Of a stretch of DNA of 64,000 nucleotides, positions 61,250-64,000 are shown piece by piece. A model generated the notes under the pieces. That model worked only from the letters and a program-made list of their open reading frames with translations. It made no database searches and was not told the origin of the DNA. This DNA is from Octopus bimaculoides (taxonomy: Eukaryota), in contig NC_068981.1 in the NCBI RefSeq assembly GCF_001194135.2, positions 34,619,648 through 34,683,647 on the forward strand, written 5' to 3'. Numbering within the stretch: position 1 is the stretch's first letter; every line of letters starts with the position of its first letter. Both the position numbers and the translations under genes were made by a program.

Positions 61250-62450
61250 TTCGCTGGAATTTCCTTCACAAGGAAGCTATACTGCTTCTCTTCAGAAAAC
61301 ATGTGGGTAAAACTAGAGGGCACGGCTTTAGTTTGGATAATTCCAACTGCAACTGCTCAAAAGATTGTTCTATATCGCTACACGAATTTAACAGCTTGTC
61401 GCCTGGAGATGACCACCAACGCACAATTAGAACGGGCTCTCCTCAATGTTCAGCAGGAATATTCGAGCAAGGTTGTTTGGTGGGGTTGAAACCGTATTCA
61501 TGTCTGAGGCCCTCGCAATACAACATTCAGTGGTCAACCACCCAGTGATAACTTCGCTGTCACCCTCACTTATTTAAGAAAAAGGACGATATGTAATAAG
61601 GTTGTTAACTTTGTTGTTAGCGATTCATGTATATACTACTTTTTAATATAATAAATTTTTACCACATAATTTTATATTCTTTTCATAATAATAAATTTGG
61701 GCACAGTTAGATCATCAACAACTTCTGGCGAGTCTAGAATGCCAATATCCACCAGAGATAGATCTCTGGTGGATATTGGCACGCTTAATGTTGGAGGGAG
61801 TGAAACTACTGGATGTAAAGTGAAGGAAACAGCAGAACTGTTTGGGACCACATTTGAGGTCCTTTTTAGGCAAAGCTTGAGCATTTGAAAAGGATCCTAG
61901 ATTTCATTACCCTGCTGAATGGGGGTGGGTCTACGAGTAACTGTGAAGGGCCAACAACCTATATGTCTCGTTGGCCATCTCCGAGCTTTCTACCGTCCCA
62001 ACTGAAACAGGAAGCGGGAAAGGAAGGCCCCATTGTTGCAAGAACTACAGTGTGCCATATCAGAAGCAGTTGCAACAGTAATAGCAAGGGTAAAAAGAGG
62101 GGTAACAATAACAATATCCGTGATAACATTAACAGCAAAAACCGATGACACTGACGACCGCAGCAGAAAAATGAGCAACAGTAGCATCAATAACATCAAC
62201 ATCAAATTCATCAGAAGAAGCAACTGAGAAGGCAGAAAATAATGAGTACAACAAAATAATCACTACCCAGGAGATATCCCAACCCAGCACTCTGTCGCCC
62301 TCTGCCTCTGGTCGTCCCCTCTTACAAGTACAAATACAGAAATGTACACTCAAGAAATGTGTTCTCGCTCCCTTCCGAGACGGAGTTTTCCGACCATACT
62401 TCTGGTGGTGAGGAGGAGGAATCACTGAAAAGCAAAGAAAGAAAGAAAAA
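61250..62450 (+). mobile_element. L1/Tx1-type ORF1 remnant, degraded
   Basis: KRILDFITLLNG followed in another frame by LRVTVKGQQPICL-VGHLRA (cf. VTVEGRxPxCxxCxxxGHxRxxC zinc knuckle), with low-complexity flanks. Confidence 0.55.
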
Positions 62451-62521
62451 CTAAATTTAAAAAAAAAGAACAAAACACAATACAGCACGAGTACTGTATT
62501 GTGTTTTGTTACAATACAGCA

Positions 62522-62640
62522 TTTTATCCTTTCGAAGTCGATAAAATAAGTACCAGTTGAGCACTGGGGTCGATATAATCGACAAGCCCCCTCCCCATAA
62601 ATTCCAGGCCTTGTGCCTATAGTAGAAAGGATTATTATAA
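62522..62640 (+). mobile_element. SINE family B, 3' part
   Basis: ttttatcctttcgaagtcgataaaataagtaccagttgagcactggggtcgatataatcgac. Confidence 0.85.
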
Positions 62641-63374
62641 TTAGTGCATTGATGAATGCTCGCGAAATAACGAAGACGTTCAATGAACCATTTAATTATT
62701 AGAAGTGCTACTTTCTGATAAAATATTCTACTTGTAATTTTGATTAGATACATTTGTTTAATTACAATTCAGTCGATATCGAGCAGACCTATGACTAGAG
62801 ATATTCCAACCATGACCATCTCATAGACTTCCTTACATAATTGATTATGTAATGAAGATAATATAGTAATATTGTGCTTTGTTTTGTTTTGTTTTTAATA
62901 CAGTTATATCTATTTCTAGCAAGTCAAACAACCACTCACTATAAACCACCTCTATTAATTCAATACTGTAGTAACAGAAAAGACTGCTTTACTCTAGAAA
63001 TTAACCAATATCTATCTTCTATTCATTAGGTCATTTGTACTTTACGACACAGCAAAATTTCTCTAGAAATACGCGATGTCCTACTTTCCATTGCGACAAC
63101 TTCCAGATAAACCAATTTAAACACAAAGAACAATTTTTTTTTCATACGTACGCACGTGTGTTTGTGTGAGTGTGTGCGTGCGTGCGTGTGTGTGTGTGTG
63201 CGTGTGTGTGTGTGTGTGCGTCTACATCTATGCAAAGAGACATAAAGAGAAAGTAAAATCAAAGTTGAAAACAAGTAACGATATTTTAGTAATTTTTTAC
63301 TGTGGCAAACATTCAGATGATATCTTCAATAAATGATGATAAGAATAAGCAGTAATTATAAACTTAAGTGTGAA

Positions 63375-63515
63375 AGCCTAATGTTTAAGGTGTTGGGCTC
63401 ACGATAATAGAGTCGAAGTTTCAATTCCTGAACCGGATCACGTGTTGGCGTTGTATCTTTAAGCAAGGTTCTTCACTTTTACATCTTCCAGTCGAATCAG
63501 CTAAAAATATGTACT
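63375..63515 (+). mobile_element. SINE family F, degenerate 5' part
   Basis: tRNA-like remnant gtttcaattcctgaaccgg, then ctttaagcaaggttcttcactttt. Confidence 0.5.
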
Positions 63516-63714
63516 TGACGAATGCTGATACAGCACTCTCTTCTTCCAGCTGTCACACCTTCAGTGTTCCACTGGGTCATAATAGAAAGACCGAAAGGGT
63601 GTTTGTATCTCCCCGACGACTATACAAGCACCTAAAACAATTAACGAAAGCATGGTACCTGTTACCAGATCATACTTAGTGGCGGGTAATGGCTATGTTT
63701 ATTTTTTTTTCTAT

Positions 63715-63949
63715 ACTCTTTACTCTTTTACTCTTTTACTTGTTTCAGTCATTTGACTGTGGCCATGCTGGAGCACCGCCTTTAGTCGAGCAAATCGACC
63801 CCAGGACTTATTATTTGTAAGCCTAGTACTTATTATATCGGTCTTTTTTGCCGAACCGCTAAGTTATGGGGACGTAAACACACCAGCATCGGTTGTCAAG
63901 CGATGTTGGGGACAAACAGACACACAAACACACACACACACGCGCACAA

Positions 63950-63996
<47 letters not shown>

Positions 63997-64000
63997 CATA
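63715..64000 (-). mobile_element. SINE family A, 3' half, cut by the window end
   Basis: (tactcttt)n tail, ttgtttcagtcatttgactgtggccatgctggagcaccgcc..., running into the internal (AC)/(AT) tract. Confidence 0.93.

Overview
Repeat-dominated, AT-rich animal genomic DNA from a gapped draft scaffold. Major N-gaps lie at about 13428-14030, 18060-18844, 23179-23997, 28938-29245, 37394-37885, 38812-39068, 44843-45474, 46983-47778 and 56450-57044, mostly beside microsatellites. The SINE families and microsatellite density suggest a coleoid cephalopod, probably Octopus (inference; no database search was run). I found no supportable host protein-coding exon: ORF-track entries are microsatellite translations, N-gap read-through or transposon fossils. 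The window holds (i) at least five SINE-like families in dozens of copies; (ii) degraded non-LTR retrotransposons of the L1/Tx1, RTE, CR1, R4/Dong and Penelope-like groups; (iii) DNA transposons, including two mariners (one with both TIRs), a Tc1/mariner MITE, two hAT MITEs with 8-bp TSDs, a long-TIR foldback element with relatives carrying TAACCC repeats, and a Crypton-like element. The best non-routine signals are a minimal type I hammerhead ribozyme at 22883-22930, a CpG-rich promoter-like island with inverted NRF1-type sites at about 42.7-42.85 kb, a TAA-tailed 600-bp non-coding retroposon abutting an R4/Dong 3' end, and an isolated ~25-bp-stem hairpin at 48552-48605. There is no CRISPR array, rRNA or intact tRNA. 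Nothing here is shown to be a new biological system; the findings are leads.
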